Part shown: positions 19,599-29,717 of the stretch, one piece after another
How positions within the stretch are numbered: position 1 is the stretch's first letter
Layout of the letters: each line of letters begins with the position of its first letter
From: an uncultured Acidobacteriota bacterium
GTDB lineage: Bacteria; Acidobacteriota; Vicinamibacteria; Vicinamibacterales; UBA8438
NCBI GenBank assembly: GCA_913043225.1
Contig: CAJWLU010000003.1
Coordinates: 1 to 64,000, forward strand
Direction: 5' to 3'
Length of the DNA stretch: 64,000 bases
The notes under the pieces: model-generated
What the model saw: the letters and a program-made list of their open reading frames with translations, nothing else
The model's database searches: none
Told to the model about the DNA's origin: nothing
Program-made: the position numbers and the translations under genes

Positions 19599-20510
19599 AT
19601 GAATCCCAACAAGGCCAGTCAGACAGCACGATTTGTGTCAAACGGCATCTACTGGGTGTCACAGCAGCCGCACCTCAAGAGAGAAGTGCCTCCCGAACTG
19701 GCCAGATATACCGCTGAGATCACCAGACGCCTGGAGATTGATCGGAGCATCTTTGGTGCCGATACCGCACGCAGGCTGCTTCTCTTCAAAGCCAAATTAA
19801 TGCAGGTAGTCTCAATACCCGGCATCTATTTGCATCAGCTAATCCGGAAACGATACATCGAGTCTATTGCCAGCGAGACTCTTACGAAAGGAGTACGACA
19901 GCTCGTTGTGATCGGGGCTGGCTTCGACACACTTAGCCTCCGCCTCTCGGCGGAGATACCAGGTTGTCGTGTCATTGAGGTCGACCACCCCGCTACGCAG
20001 CAGGTTAAGAGGGCTGCCCTTGAAGAGTTCCGCCTTCCAATAGGGCACTGCCATTTCGTTCCGGCAGATTTATCGGAGGAAAGTCTCACTTCAGCTCTTT
20101 CGCAGTCGCCCGCATATGACCCGACTGAGGCCACCCTCTTTATCGCCGAAGGACTCACCATGTACTTGGATGAGTTAAAGATTCGAGCTTTGCTCGCTTC
20201 AATTGTCGCTCAAAATCAGACATCGAAGTTTCTCTTCACATATATGCAAGAAGCGACACCGAAGAGGTATCACTTTCAGCACACGCGTCCAGCGACTCTG
20301 CTGTGGCTGGCTCTTAGAAACGAGCGTTTTACCTGGGGAATCAAGCCAGCGGCCTTGTCTGAATTTCTGGGTGACGCTGGTTTTAGACTGCAGGAGCACT
20401 GCACTTCGGAAGAACTCAGACTCAGGTTCTTGACAGAGGCCAACCACAGTGCGGTTCTTGCACTTGGCGAAAATATTGCTTTGGCTTCACAAGTACAGAC
20501 TCACACGTAG
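19599..20510 (+). CDS. Class I SAM-dependent methyltransferase (leucine carboxyl methyltransferase-like family)
   Basis: QLVVIGAGFDT, IEVDHPATQ, FIAEGLTMYL. Confidence 0.88.
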   Translation: MNPNKASQTARFVSNGIYWVSQQPHLKREVPPELARYTAEITRRLEIDRSIFGADTARRLLLFKAKLMQVVSIPGIYLHQLIRKRYIESIASETLTKGVRQLVVIGAGFDTLSLRLSAEIPGCRVIEVDHPATQQVKRAALEEFRLPIGHCHFVPADLSEESLTSALSQSPAYDPTEATLFIAEGLTMYLDELKIRALLASIVAQNQTSKFLFTYMQEATPKRYHFQHTRPATLLWLALRNERFTWGIKPAALSEFLGDAGFRLQEHCTSEELRLRFLTEANHSAVLALGENIALASQVQTHT

Positions 20511-20523
20511 CAATGTGCGGACT

Positions 20524-21909
20524 ATGAACATGCCAGAAGTTAACGATATTCAATCTCAATTGAATGCCACGAATGTGCATTCGCTCGTTGTGCCTCACTC
20601 AGAAGTGGAGATTCGTGAGGCGATCACCTTGGCGGCTACGCTGGATGTGCCGATGTCGGTCGCAGGTGGAAGGCACTCGATGGGTGGCCAACAGTTCGGA
20701 ACAGACACGATCTGTCTCGATATGCGGTCCTACAATAAAGTTTCAGCTTTTGACCGAGAACAAGGTTTGATCGAGGTGGAGAGCGGCTTAATGTGGCCTG
20801 AGCTGATCGGCTATTTGCATGCTAACCAAAGTGGTGACGGGGTCACTTGGGCCGTACGACAAAAGCAGACTGGGATCGACAATGTCTCTATCGGAGGATC
20901 GTTGTCCTCCAACATCCATGGCCGAGGTCTCAAATTCCCGCCCTTTATCAGCGATATCGAATCGTTCAAGATCATTGACCATTCAGGCGACACCCATGTT
21001 TGTAGTCGACAAAACAATGCCGAACTCTTTTCGCTTGCCATAGGCGGCTATGGACTATTTGGGGTAGTGACACACGTTACGCTTCGTCTTGTCCCAAGGC
21101 AGGCAGTAAAACGAATGGTCGAAGTGATCGCCGTTCGAAATTTACTCCAGAGAATCGATGCAGCCCTAGAGGAAGGGTTTCTCTATGGCGACTGTCAATA
21201 TTCGATCAGCCTCCAAGGAGACGAAGAATTTCATCCAGGCGTATTCTCGTGCTACAAACCAGTCACGGACGGCAGACCTGTGTCAGGACAACAGAAGCAG
21301 ATGTCAGGCGCAGATTGGGCACAGCTGTATCGGCTGGCGCGAAGCGACAAAGAGAAAGCCTTTAGCCATTATCAACAGTTCTATCTCGGAACGTCAGGCC
21401 AGATTTACTGGTCTGATATGCACCAACTGTCAAACGTGTTCGAGGGGTACAGCGCAGCAGTGGCTGGGAACCGGGAGACAGAGGTGATCACTGAGGTCTA
21501 TGTCACACACAACTCGCTCATTCCCTTCATGGCCGACGTGCGGAGAGACTTCATTAAGCACCAGGTGGATATGACTTACGGGACGATCAGGTTCGTGGAA
21601 CAAGACGCGGAGAGTTTTCTTCCGTGGGCGACTGAGTGCTCTGTTTGTATAGTCTGCAATCTCCACGTCACGCATACGGCAGAGGGAATCAACAAAGCGC
21701 GCGACGACTTTCGCCGAATCATTGATCGTGTTATCGAGCATGGTGGTCGATTTTTTCTGACCTACCATCGGTGGGCTACACGAGACCAAGTGGAGACGTG
21801 CTATCCGAAATTTCCGGCCTTCCTGAAGAAAAAGCTAGAGTACGACCCTTTCCTCCGTTTTCAGAGTGACTGGTACCGCTACTATGCCACCTTGTTCGAG
21901 ACGCATTGA
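20524..21909 (+). CDS. FAD-binding oxidoreductase (VAO/aldonolactone oxidase/DprE1-like)
   Basis: VAGGRHSMGGQ, SIGGSLSSNIHGRG, IGGYGLFGVV, KKKLEYDP. Confidence 0.85.
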   Translation: MNMPEVNDIQSQLNATNVHSLVVPHSEVEIREAITLAATLDVPMSVAGGRHSMGGQQFGTDTICLDMRSYNKVSAFDREQGLIEVESGLMWPELIGYLHANQSGDGVTWAVRQKQTGIDNVSIGGSLSSNIHGRGLKFPPFISDIESFKIIDHSGDTHVCSRQNNAELFSLAIGGYGLFGVVTHVTLRLVPRQAVKRMVEVIAVRNLLQRIDAALEEGFLYGDCQYSISLQGDEEFHPGVFSCYKPVTDGRPVSGQQKQMSGADWAQLYRLARSDKEKAFSHYQQFYLGTSGQIYWSDMHQLSNVFEGYSAAVAGNRETEVITEVYVTHNSLIPFMADVRRDFIKHQVDMTYGTIRFVEQDAESFLPWATECSVCIVCNLHVTHTAEGINKARDDFRRIIDRVIEHGGRFFLTYHRWATRDQVETCYPKFPAFLKKKLEYDPFLRFQSDWYRYYATLFETH

Positions 21910-21955
21910 GTTCCGTTGCCACAATAAGGTTCGCATGTCTCTCGTATTTCTTACC

Positions 21956-24232
21956 TCAATCACAAGCACGATCGATTCTGGTGGTCTGTAAGGTGCCGCG
22001 GTCGATGCCGAACTGGCTGTGAATGTCCTCGCTCTTTAACGTTTCGAGAGTTGATTGATAGCCCAGTTCGACAAGCGCGTCTATTGCGTCCCACTCAAGC
22101 AACCCAAAATCAGAGACTGGCGGTTCGATGATCAGGTCAGCGCTCTTTCGGACTTCTGATCGATCTTTGGCAGAAGTGACTGTTGCGACACGACTGATGA
22201 CCTGCAGAATGTTGAAGGGCTTGCGAGGCGTAGAGAATGGATTGAGGTGGTTCCAGAGGAGTCGCCAGCCACTAGGCAGGTCTTCATAGTCGCAAGCGAC
22301 GGTGAGTTCGTTGCCTCGGCGACTAACGTCGACCACGATGGTGGGGCCCCTCTTGAGGCGATTCATGGTCTTCACTGGAATGTTCTCGATAACGCCACCG
22401 TCGACGAGCAACTGGCCATCTTTGACCATCGGAACGGAGATGCCTGGTAAGGCTGTCGTTGCTCTGATAGCGCGCCAAAGAGAGCCCGTGCGATGCACGG
22501 TTGTATCTGCTGTTGTGAGGTTGCAGGACACACAGAAATATGGAATCCACAGGTCTTCGATGGCGATGTCGCCAAAGCTGCGCCTTGTTGCGATGTCAAG
22601 TTTCGTCGGGTCAAGTAGAGACAAGAACGGTACTGTAAAAGAGTTAAGGGGCCTGGTCTCAAGAAAGACCTTGCGGGCATCTTCAATCATCGCTGAGATG
22701 CTGAGCCCCTGAGCAAAAGAGCCAGCCACCATTCCGCCGGAGCTTGCCCCTCCAATCATGTCTATAGGTATGCCGATTTCCTGTAAAGCCTTGAGTACGC
22801 CTATATGGGCAAGACCTCTAGCGCCGCCGCCGCCCAGCACGATGCCAACGGCTCGACCAGCGAGGTGCCTGGCGACTCTTTCCAGGTCGGCGTCATTGTC
22901 GAGCCGGCAATGGAGAAAGAGGTCGACACGTCGCCTGCTTAGCCATTGTGACGTGCCAGTGGGTAGTGCGCTGGCTGAAGGGTGCCTGATCACGAGAAAG
23001 CGCTGAGTGTGAACGCCGGTGTCTGCCTCCACGTGTTCAAGCAAGGCTTCGCAGTCGCTAAGAACAGGTGTGGCCGTACTGGAGCCCACCATCAAGATGA
23101 GGTCAGCACGTTCGATACAGCGCTTCGTCCATGGGGACGCCTCAGTGTCCGTCTGATAAATAACGAAGCGGTTCAGTTCTTCGCAGTCGTCAAGTAAAGA
23201 GCTTAGACGGATAAACTGGGGATCTTCGTCTAGCATCCGACCAAGGCGCTTACCGCCAAGGTCTTCGCTGAAATGGTCTGGGTGAAGGCGCCGACTTGTC
23301 CCATGCGTTGCCAGAACGGACGTGAGACTCTCACAGAAACCATCGATAGAGACGTCTGAGCCAGCGGGCATCACCGCGACCGTTCGAATCTCGTTTCGAT
23401 CAAGACCGCCTGCCGTCACCATTTGACGTAGGCGCTTGCTGAGAAGGCGACTCATGCTTATCCCGAGGGCTGGATGACGAGCAGACAACTCGTCAAAACG
23501 CTCCACGGGTACCTCGATGAGCTCGGAGTAACGTAACGCCACGGCCGTCGCACTACGCACAGTTGTGCCCAGAACGGCCATCTCTCCCAAGACATCACCA
23601 GCTACAGCGTCGCCGAGTTCACGCGTGTCGTCTTCGTCGGCTCTCCTGACCTGAAGCCGACCAGCCATAACGATAAACATCGACGCAGCGTCTGCACCCT
23701 CGCGAAACAGGGCTTGGCCGCGCTCCAGCGAACACCAACGACTCGAGCGCTCCAAATGCACAATCAGCTCTGGGTCATTAAAGCCAAGTAGCTTTGATAG
23801 CACCGAGACACAGCGATTATGCCGCGACCGAGCTCGAACCAGCGTAGTGAGTGCCCTAAGTGCAGATGGATGTGCGGCGATAAGCTCAAGTGCGGTGCCG
23901 CGCGGAATGGGAAGGACTTCACAGCTACTGGACGCAATCAGCGAGGCGATGCGCGGGTGTGCACTTAGCAGTTGCATTTCACCGGCGATATTTGGCGCAC
24001 TAACCCGTCCAGTCTTGACAGGTTCTTGTGTAGGGGACGTGATGACAATATCAAGTTCCCCACGAAGCAAGATATATAGGTGTGTTGGAGAATCACCTTG
24101 CCTGCAAAGCGGTACCCCAGCACTAAGGGAGATACAGGGATAGTCTGACGCGAGCTTGTCACGCGATTCTTGGGTCAATTCTTCGACGATCGGAATTGTG
24201 GCCAGGACCGAGGCGATATCAGAGTCCAACAA
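21956..24232 (-). CDS. Patatin-like phospholipase with two cNMP-binding domains (NTE-like)
   Basis: Two cNMP domains (GEMQ..PRIAS; GEMA..VRSAT), GGGGARG, GASSG nucleophile elbow, DGG. Confidence 0.9.
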   Translation of the reverse strand: MLDSDIASVLATIPIVEELTQESRDKLASDYPCISLSAGVPLCRQGDSPTHLYILLRGELDIVITSPTQEPVKTGRVSAPNIAGEMQLLSAHPRIASLIASSSCEVLPIPRGTALELIAAHPSALRALTTLVRARSRHNRCVSVLSKLLGFNDPELIVHLERSSRWCSLERGQALFREGADAASMFIVMAGRLQVRRADEDDTRELGDAVAGDVLGEMAVLGTTVRSATAVALRYSELIEVPVERFDELSARHPALGISMSRLLSKRLRQMVTAGGLDRNEIRTVAVMPAGSDVSIDGFCESLTSVLATHGTSRRLHPDHFSEDLGGKRLGRMLDEDPQFIRLSSLLDDCEELNRFVIYQTDTEASPWTKRCIERADLILMVGSSTATPVLSDCEALLEHVEADTGVHTQRFLVIRHPSASALPTGTSQWLSRRRVDLFLHCRLDNDADLERVARHLAGRAVGIVLGGGGARGLAHIGVLKALQEIGIPIDMIGGASSGGMVAGSFAQGLSISAMIEDARKVFLETRPLNSFTVPFLSLLDPTKLDIATRRSFGDIAIEDLWIPYFCVSCNLTTADTTVHRTGSLWRAIRATTALPGISVPMVKDGQLLVDGGVIENIPVKTMNRLKRGPTIVVDVSRRGNELTVACDYEDLPSGWRLLWNHLNPFSTPRKPFNILQVISRVATVTSAKDRSEVRKSADLIIEPPVSDFGLLEWDAIDALVELGYQSTLETLKSEDIHSQFGIDRGTLQTTRIDRACD

Positions 24233-24349
24233 ATGTCTATGCCTTTAGTGGACGATCGTAGTGAAACTATTAATGACCGAAAAGTTCTAGTGCCAGACCG
24301 TGACTCAAGCGAATGAAGAAGTCTTAGCTTCGAGACTCCTTAATGTAGA

Positions 24350-25633
24350 TTAAAAGTACACTCGCAAGGCCGCCTGCACGTAATCATCTTTTCGCAATCC
24401 GTAAAGAAACATGTCTGCAGACGAAATACCAGCGAAAGCTCGCATCTGTATGTTGAGACTCGACCGCTCTCCAAGGCGACGACTGGCATCAACCGAGAAA
24501 AGGCTTGCTCCGCTAAGGCGGTCTACTATGGCTCCTGCAAGAAACTGCGTAGCCTGGACATCATTCAACGACAATCTTGCTCCTACAAAAACGTCGTCCT
24601 CGATTGGCGTTAGTGCTTCAAGACCGCGCTCATCGTAAGAATATTCAGCGAGGATGCCGAGTTCTATACCCGTTGACCGAAGATTTGAGAGGGCATACTC
24701 AATGCCCGCGGTCACAGCTGCGAAGCGTGGCCCCTGACCCCAGCGATTTATGGCCTCCATCTTTAAGAGCCAACCGCTCGCCGTTAATTGAACTTCTAAG
24801 CCCGCTTGATCAATGTTTTCGTATGCCGGTACAACAGTCGAGAGTTGAGTGAGATCTGTGAGGACAGGTTCGTTATCACTGACCAGGGTGAGCGCCGCAA
24901 TGCGCAGTGGACGATTGCCCACAAAGAACCTCGGCTCACGCGCAGTGCCGTGAAAATGAGACACCGCAAGATCGAGCGGACCACGCGTGTGGCTCCAGCG
25001 AACTGCCAAATTTAGCTTGCCGCCCTCGACTATTGAGTTTTCACTGTCAAGAGGAAACGGGATACTAGGCCGTCTGTCCTGACCAACGTAGTTGCGTTCT
25101 CTAAAACCGATCAGAGCGAACGTCTCTAGCAAGCCCCAAGAGTGGCTAGTCGAGACACTGACCATGGGTTGCCCAAGCTTTTCTTCGCCCTCGAAACTCT
25201 CGAGCAAGTCGATCTGATTGACAACATCAACAAGGTGCTTGGACTCAGTAACGCCCCAGAAAATCTTTCGTGCTCCAATACTGATCTCCCAAGAGTCCGA
25301 AAAATACTGCCAAGTAAGTTCACGAAAGTCCCAGTGGCTTCGATTGCTATCTTGCTGGTCCCATCGGAAAAATGGAACGATCGTGATGGCCTGTCGTGCG
25401 TTGTCCAGATCACGGTAAAATTCAGACTCGATCGCAATCGAAAGATTGGCAGTCTGGAGATTGTCTCTTAGTGCCGTTTCAGGGAAAAAGCGTCCCTCCA
25501 CCGAGACGTGGCCCGTCAAGGGCTGGCCAGTCGACGAAGCGCCCAATAAAAGCCAGACCGCACCGGTAGTGAGCGGAAGCGCTATCGCTGCGCGCCAGGA
25601 GGGCCACCTTCTGGCCGCACGGCTAACGGACAC
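24350..25633 (-). CDS. Putative outer-membrane beta-barrel protein associated with MMPL/LolA-like genes
   Basis: Signal peptide, FWGVTESKHLVDVVNQ, C-terminal aromatic RVYF. Confidence 0.7.
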   Translation of the reverse strand: MSVSRAARRWPSWRAAIALPLTTGAVWLLLGASSTGQPLTGHVSVEGRFFPETALRDNLQTANLSIAIESEFYRDLDNARQAITIVPFFRWDQQDSNRSHWDFRELTWQYFSDSWEISIGARKIFWGVTESKHLVDVVNQIDLLESFEGEEKLGQPMVSVSTSHSWGLLETFALIGFRERNYVGQDRRPSIPFPLDSENSIVEGGKLNLAVRWSHTRGPLDLAVSHFHGTAREPRFFVGNRPLRIAALTLVSDNEPVLTDLTQLSTVVPAYENIDQAGLEVQLTASGWLLKMEAINRWGQGPRFAAVTAGIEYALSNLRSTGIELGILAEYSYDERGLEALTPIEDDVFVGARLSLNDVQATQFLAGAIVDRLSGASLFSVDASRRLGERSSLNIQMRAFAGISSADMFLYGLRKDDYVQAALRVYF

Positions 25634-26480
25634 GTCTTAAACTACTTTGTTCGAAGTCGCGATCGGTGAGATCTGCCTGGAAAACATAGTCACTCCAGAC
25701 GAGGGTAGTGCTCTTTCCTGTTTGGTGATTCTCCATAAGCATCTCGTCAGGACGCCAGTATTGGTCAAGATGCCGACGGTAAGAGCTATAAACTAACGAC
25801 TTAAGGAGCGCATCTTTTCGATCGAAAAACTCAATTTTCTCCACACGATATTCTTCTTGGTCATACCAGACGAGCTGTTTCGTATAGCCTGAGTTCGCAT
25901 CGATAGGAGTTCGTTCGACGACAAAGGTCGCTCTGTCGTGAAAGACGTCGTCTCGGATGTAGCTGTAAGTGAATTTGTCGACCTCTTGGGAGGCGAGGTC
26001 TTCATAAGAGAACTCACTCCCCATGAAGGGACCAGATTTATTGTTCGACGAGATTCGCTTCACCCGTTCTAGCGCAGGAAGAAAGAGCCACTGGTCGTCG
26101 GGGCCAGAGCGGTGAGTATGGGTCAGAAATGCCGTGCCGCGGACATCGCGTGGGCGATCAAAAATGATCATGAGCTTGTCGCCATCAGCAACAACCTCTA
26201 AGAGGCGACTGCGTAAAGAGCGTCGACTTTCCTCGCCCTGACGATTACGAAGAACCATTTCGAGCGTCGCAGTTATGCTGCCCCACCCAGCATCTCGTCG
26301 TTCTGCTTCTCTGGCGATGTCCTCGCCGTTCTGTTCGCCGAAAGACGATGTTGGAGTCAGAAGCCCTGTAATGGCCACCACTGAGAGTCCAGCCGCGAGG
26401 CGCCTGAGAACTCTTTGAAAAGCAACAAAAGTGAAGCAAGGCATTACAGGCCGTGAGTTAGTGCCTACAATCACAGACAA
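25623..26480 (-). CDS. Outer-membrane lipoprotein-sorting (LolA-like) protein
   Basis: FDRPRDVRGTAFL, DDQWLFLPALERVKRI, GPFMGSEFSYEDL; true start may be downstream. Confidence 0.85.
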   Translation of the reverse strand: MSVIVGTNSRPVMPCFTFVAFQRVLRRLAAGLSVVAITGLLTPTSSFGEQNGEDIAREAERRDAGWGSITATLEMVLRNRQGEESRRSLRSRLLEVVADGDKLMIIFDRPRDVRGTAFLTHTHRSGPDDQWLFLPALERVKRISSNNKSGPFMGSEFSYEDLASQEVDKFTYSYIRDDVFHDRATFVVERTPIDANSGYTKQLVWYDQEEYRVEKIEFFDRKDALLKSLVYSSYRRHLDQYWRPDEMLMENHQTGKSTTLVWSDYVFQADLTDRDFEQSSLRRVR

Positions 26481-26511
26481 CCTCCTTAGAGTGCCGGCTA
26501 CTGCTATGTGT

Positions 26512-28842
26512 TTATGCAGAAAAAGTCACAGTCTTGCGGTCAAGAAAAATCAGCAAAGGCGGTAAGAGTAGTAAATCAGCGAAAAGTGCCAAGACAATGA
26601 CTAGTGAGGTAAGTTGGGCCATTCCGGCATTGAAGCCGAATGTTGACTGAGCCAGAATCAAGAAGCCGGCGACCAAGACGATAGAGGTCACTACGAGGGC
26701 AGCACCGACGGTCGAGAAAGCGTAGCGGACAGCGCTCTCAGCATCGAGCTTTTGTTCGCGACGTGCTCGTAGATACTTGCTGAGGAAGTGAACGGTGTCG
26801 TCGACGATAATGCCGAGGCACATGCCTGTCACGATAGACAGGCCAAGATTGATCTCGCCAACAAGAAAGCCCCACAGTCCGAGAGCCATAAGAGCTGGAA
26901 GAAGATTGGGTACAAAGCTAATAACCCCATAGCGAAAACTGCGTAACATAAGCATCATCGTAACGCCGATAAGACCAATGGCGACGAGAGTGCCAATCAG
27001 CATGCTACGGATGTTTCTGTCAGAGATATACGAGAACATCACGGCCGGTCCAGCGCCACGGGTAGTCATGGCGGAGGGTGCATTTTGCTCCAACCACGTT
27101 TCACCGGCCTCAACAAGAGCAATGAGCTCGCGGGACGTAATATTCTCCAGCGTGACTGAGAACCGAGTGGCCGACTTGTCGATGTTTATTTGATTATTCA
27201 GGTCCAGGCCATAAGGTAGAGACATTTCATACACTAAGAGGTACTGTGCTGCCAAAGTGCGTTCTGTTGGCAGTCTGTACTGCTCAGGGTCGTCGCCATT
27301 CATGTTCTTATTTAAGCGGCGAAATATATCGCTAATGCTCGCGACGTGAGCGACTCCAGATTGTTGGCGATACCAGTTGGCAAAACGATCTACCGTATCG
27401 AGGTAGTCGGGTTCATTGATACCGCCGCTGTTGCCAGAGGAAAGAGAAAAGTCAATCTGGTAAAGGCCACTCAGCCGTTCGGCAGCAAAATCTGAGTCCT
27501 GCCGAAACGTCGTGCTTGTGTCGAAATAGTTCACGAACTGATCGTTAAGCGTATTGAGTGGAACCATCGACATGAGGACGAGGGCCACCGCACTGGTGCC
27601 CCATAGAAGGGGTCGACGGTGGTCGATCACAAGGTCAGCAAGGCGGTCCATCAGTGAGGTCGCGTTCGAGGATGCGACACGCACCTTGACCGGAAGCGTT
27701 GCGATTAACGCTGGTAAAAATGTCATCGAAAGAAGCCACGCCAGGGCGACACCGGCAGCGCTGATATTGCCAAGGTCGTTCAGTGGTGGCACTTCGCTGA
27801 AGTTCATACTCAGAAGGCCGACGATCGTAGTGAGACTCGTCAGGAAAACAGGCTGCGCGTTGATGCGTAAGCTTTCTACGATGGCATCAGATTTACCGCG
27901 TCCGTGCCGCATCTCCTTAAGCATGGTGACCAAGATGTGGATGCTGTCGGCCACCGCCAAGGTCATGATCATGGTGATCGATGCGGTGGAAGGTGGCGTC
28001 AAGGACAGACCGGTCCACCCAGCAAGGCCGAGTGCTCCAAGAGCGGACATAAGTACCAGCATCAATGTAGATGCTGTTGCGGCAAGTGAGCGGAGAAGAA
28101 CAACAAGAGTCAGGACGATCACGAAGCCCATAAGTGGGATCAGCGTTGCCATGTCGCGCATCGCAGATTCTTGGAATGCGTTGTTCAACATGGCCATGCC
28201 GGTCAGACGCACACGATAGCCGGCGTGAGTGCGCTCGATGTCCGCCGCTATTTGTCTCGCGTGAGTGGCCGCTCGTGCGGTCTCATCGGTTGCAAGGCGT
28301 GGTAGTTGGAGGGTGACGCTAAGGCCAAGGACATCAGTTGTCGGCGGTACCAGCCGATCGCGGAGCATGGGCTCGTTGAGAGCGATGTTTCGGATGGTCA
28401 CGAGTTCTGCAGGAGTCTTGTTTGCAGAATCAATAACGAGAGGTTCGACAATTAGGTCATCGCCTTCAGCCCAGCTGTGCTGAAAAGTGGCTAAGGAATC
28501 AACGCGGATTGCGAATGGAATGCGCCATGCCTCTTCAGTGATGTTTTCAACGACAGTGAGTGTCTCGGTCGTGAATGCATCGTCGTGGTGGCTTGGTGGT
28601 TCAATAATGAAGAAAATATTGTCGTTTTTTGTGTAGATGTTTTCGACTTCATCAAAAGCTAAGAGCTGGGGGTTATCTGGCCCAAAAAAGACCCGATACT
28701 CGTCGATAAAGGTGAGGTGTCTCACCCCCGTCGCGGCTGCAATGACGAAGGCGAGTGAGACCGGTAGTACCAGCCAACGCCAGCGGACGACGCTTTTCGC
28801 ATAGCGCTCAGCGGGAGATAGCGTGACAAGGTGTTCGGACAT
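26512..28842 (-). CDS. MMPL/RND-family transporter
   Basis: Two MMPL halves with LAVADSIHIL and GIIVDDTVHFL, TSLTTIVG. Confidence 0.9.
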   Translation of the reverse strand: MSEHLVTLSPAERYAKSVVRWRWLVLPVSLAFVIAAATGVRHLTFIDEYRVFFGPDNPQLLAFDEVENIYTKNDNIFFIIEPPSHHDDAFTTETLTVVENITEEAWRIPFAIRVDSLATFQHSWAEGDDLIVEPLVIDSANKTPAELVTIRNIALNEPMLRDRLVPPTTDVLGLSVTLQLPRLATDETARAATHARQIAADIERTHAGYRVRLTGMAMLNNAFQESAMRDMATLIPLMGFVIVLTLVVLLRSLAATASTLMLVLMSALGALGLAGWTGLSLTPPSTASITMIMTLAVADSIHILVTMLKEMRHGRGKSDAIVESLRINAQPVFLTSLTTIVGLLSMNFSEVPPLNDLGNISAAGVALAWLLSMTFLPALIATLPVKVRVASSNATSLMDRLADLVIDHRRPLLWGTSAVALVLMSMVPLNTLNDQFVNYFDTSTTFRQDSDFAAERLSGLYQIDFSLSSGNSGGINEPDYLDTVDRFANWYRQQSGVAHVASISDIFRRLNKNMNGDDPEQYRLPTERTLAAQYLLVYEMSLPYGLDLNNQINIDKSATRFSVTLENITSRELIALVEAGETWLEQNAPSAMTTRGAGPAVMFSYISDRNIRSMLIGTLVAIGLIGVTMMLMLRSFRYGVISFVPNLLPALMALGLWGFLVGEINLGLSIVTGMCLGIIVDDTVHFLSKYLRARREQKLDAESAVRYAFSTVGAALVVTSIVLVAGFLILAQSTFGFNAGMAQLTSLVIVLALFADLLLLPPLLIFLDRKTVTFSA

Positions 28843-29072
28843 CTGTCTGAGGTTTCAGCTGGCTCGTGATTCCAACCTGGATGGGAAGTTCGCGAAGGGT
28901 ACCCCCGAGGCCACAACCAGTCTCTGGCGGTGTCGGTGGCTGAATCGGGCGGGAGTGAGTGTACCGATTCGTGTGGTTACCATGTCGAGATTGAAGTGAC
29001 TCAGCACTTGTATGCCGTGAGGATGATATTTACGAACGCCGTCTGGGGAACGTTCAGTTTCAGGCACTTGAG

Positions 29073-29717
29073 TTGATGTTGATGACATTTAGACCAATAT
29101 CTAGAGCAGTGTTTCTGTTGGGTGCTGCCATGATGACCATGTTGGGCGACCCAGCCGAGGCCCAGACCTTTGAGAATAACGTGGATTCAGCGTTACTGCC
29201 GGGTGAAGTTTCGGTGGAGTATCGGGTGCTCGCGACCTCGCGCACCTCGACCATGGAGAACGAGCTGAACGAGGTGGCGGCCGAGGGGTTCAGGCTCCAG
29301 GGCGTGATGGGGGGCGACACTGCGTTTGGGGGCTCCCAAGTCGTATCGGTGGTTATGCGCGGCGCCGACGCCGAGGGTGGCCGCTACTCCTACCGAGTGC
29401 TCGCGACGAACCAGACCTCCAGCATGCAGGAGGAGATGCAGGAGGTTGGACGCGACGGCTACTTGTATCGAGGACAGACCGTCTATTCGTCGCTTTTTGG
29501 CAGAGATGAAGTCGTTGTGATCATGGAACGGGACGAGGCCGCTCCGCCAAGGCATTACGACTATCAGTTGCTGGCGACGTCTCGCATCTCGACCCTTGAG
29601 ACGGAGCTCAACGAGGTTGGGCAGGACGGGTTCCGATTGGTTGGCATCACCGTCGCCGTGACGGTCTTCGGGGGCGACGAAGTGGTGGTGCTCACTGAGC
29701 GTGTGGCTGACCGCTAG
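29073..29717 (+). CDS. Secreted protein with three ~50-aa repeats (DUF4177-like)
   Basis: Y(R/Q)(V/L)LAT...(M/L)..E(L/M).EV...G(F/Y) unit occurs three times. Confidence 0.7.
   Translation: MMLMTFRPISRAVFLLGAAMMTMLGDPAEAQTFENNVDSALLPGEVSVEYRVLATSRTSTMENELNEVAAEGFRLQGVMGGDTAFGGSQVVSVVMRGADAEGGRYSYRVLATNQTSSMQEEMQEVGRDGYLYRGQTVYSSLFGRDEVVVIMERDEAAPPRHYDYQLLATSRISTLETELNEVGQDGFRLVGITVAVTVFGGDEVVVLTERVADR

Noticed and set aside
21956..24232. CBASS-type patatin defence effector
   Set aside because: Architecture is NTE-like with cNMP domains, and no CD-NTase or other defence gene is nearby.
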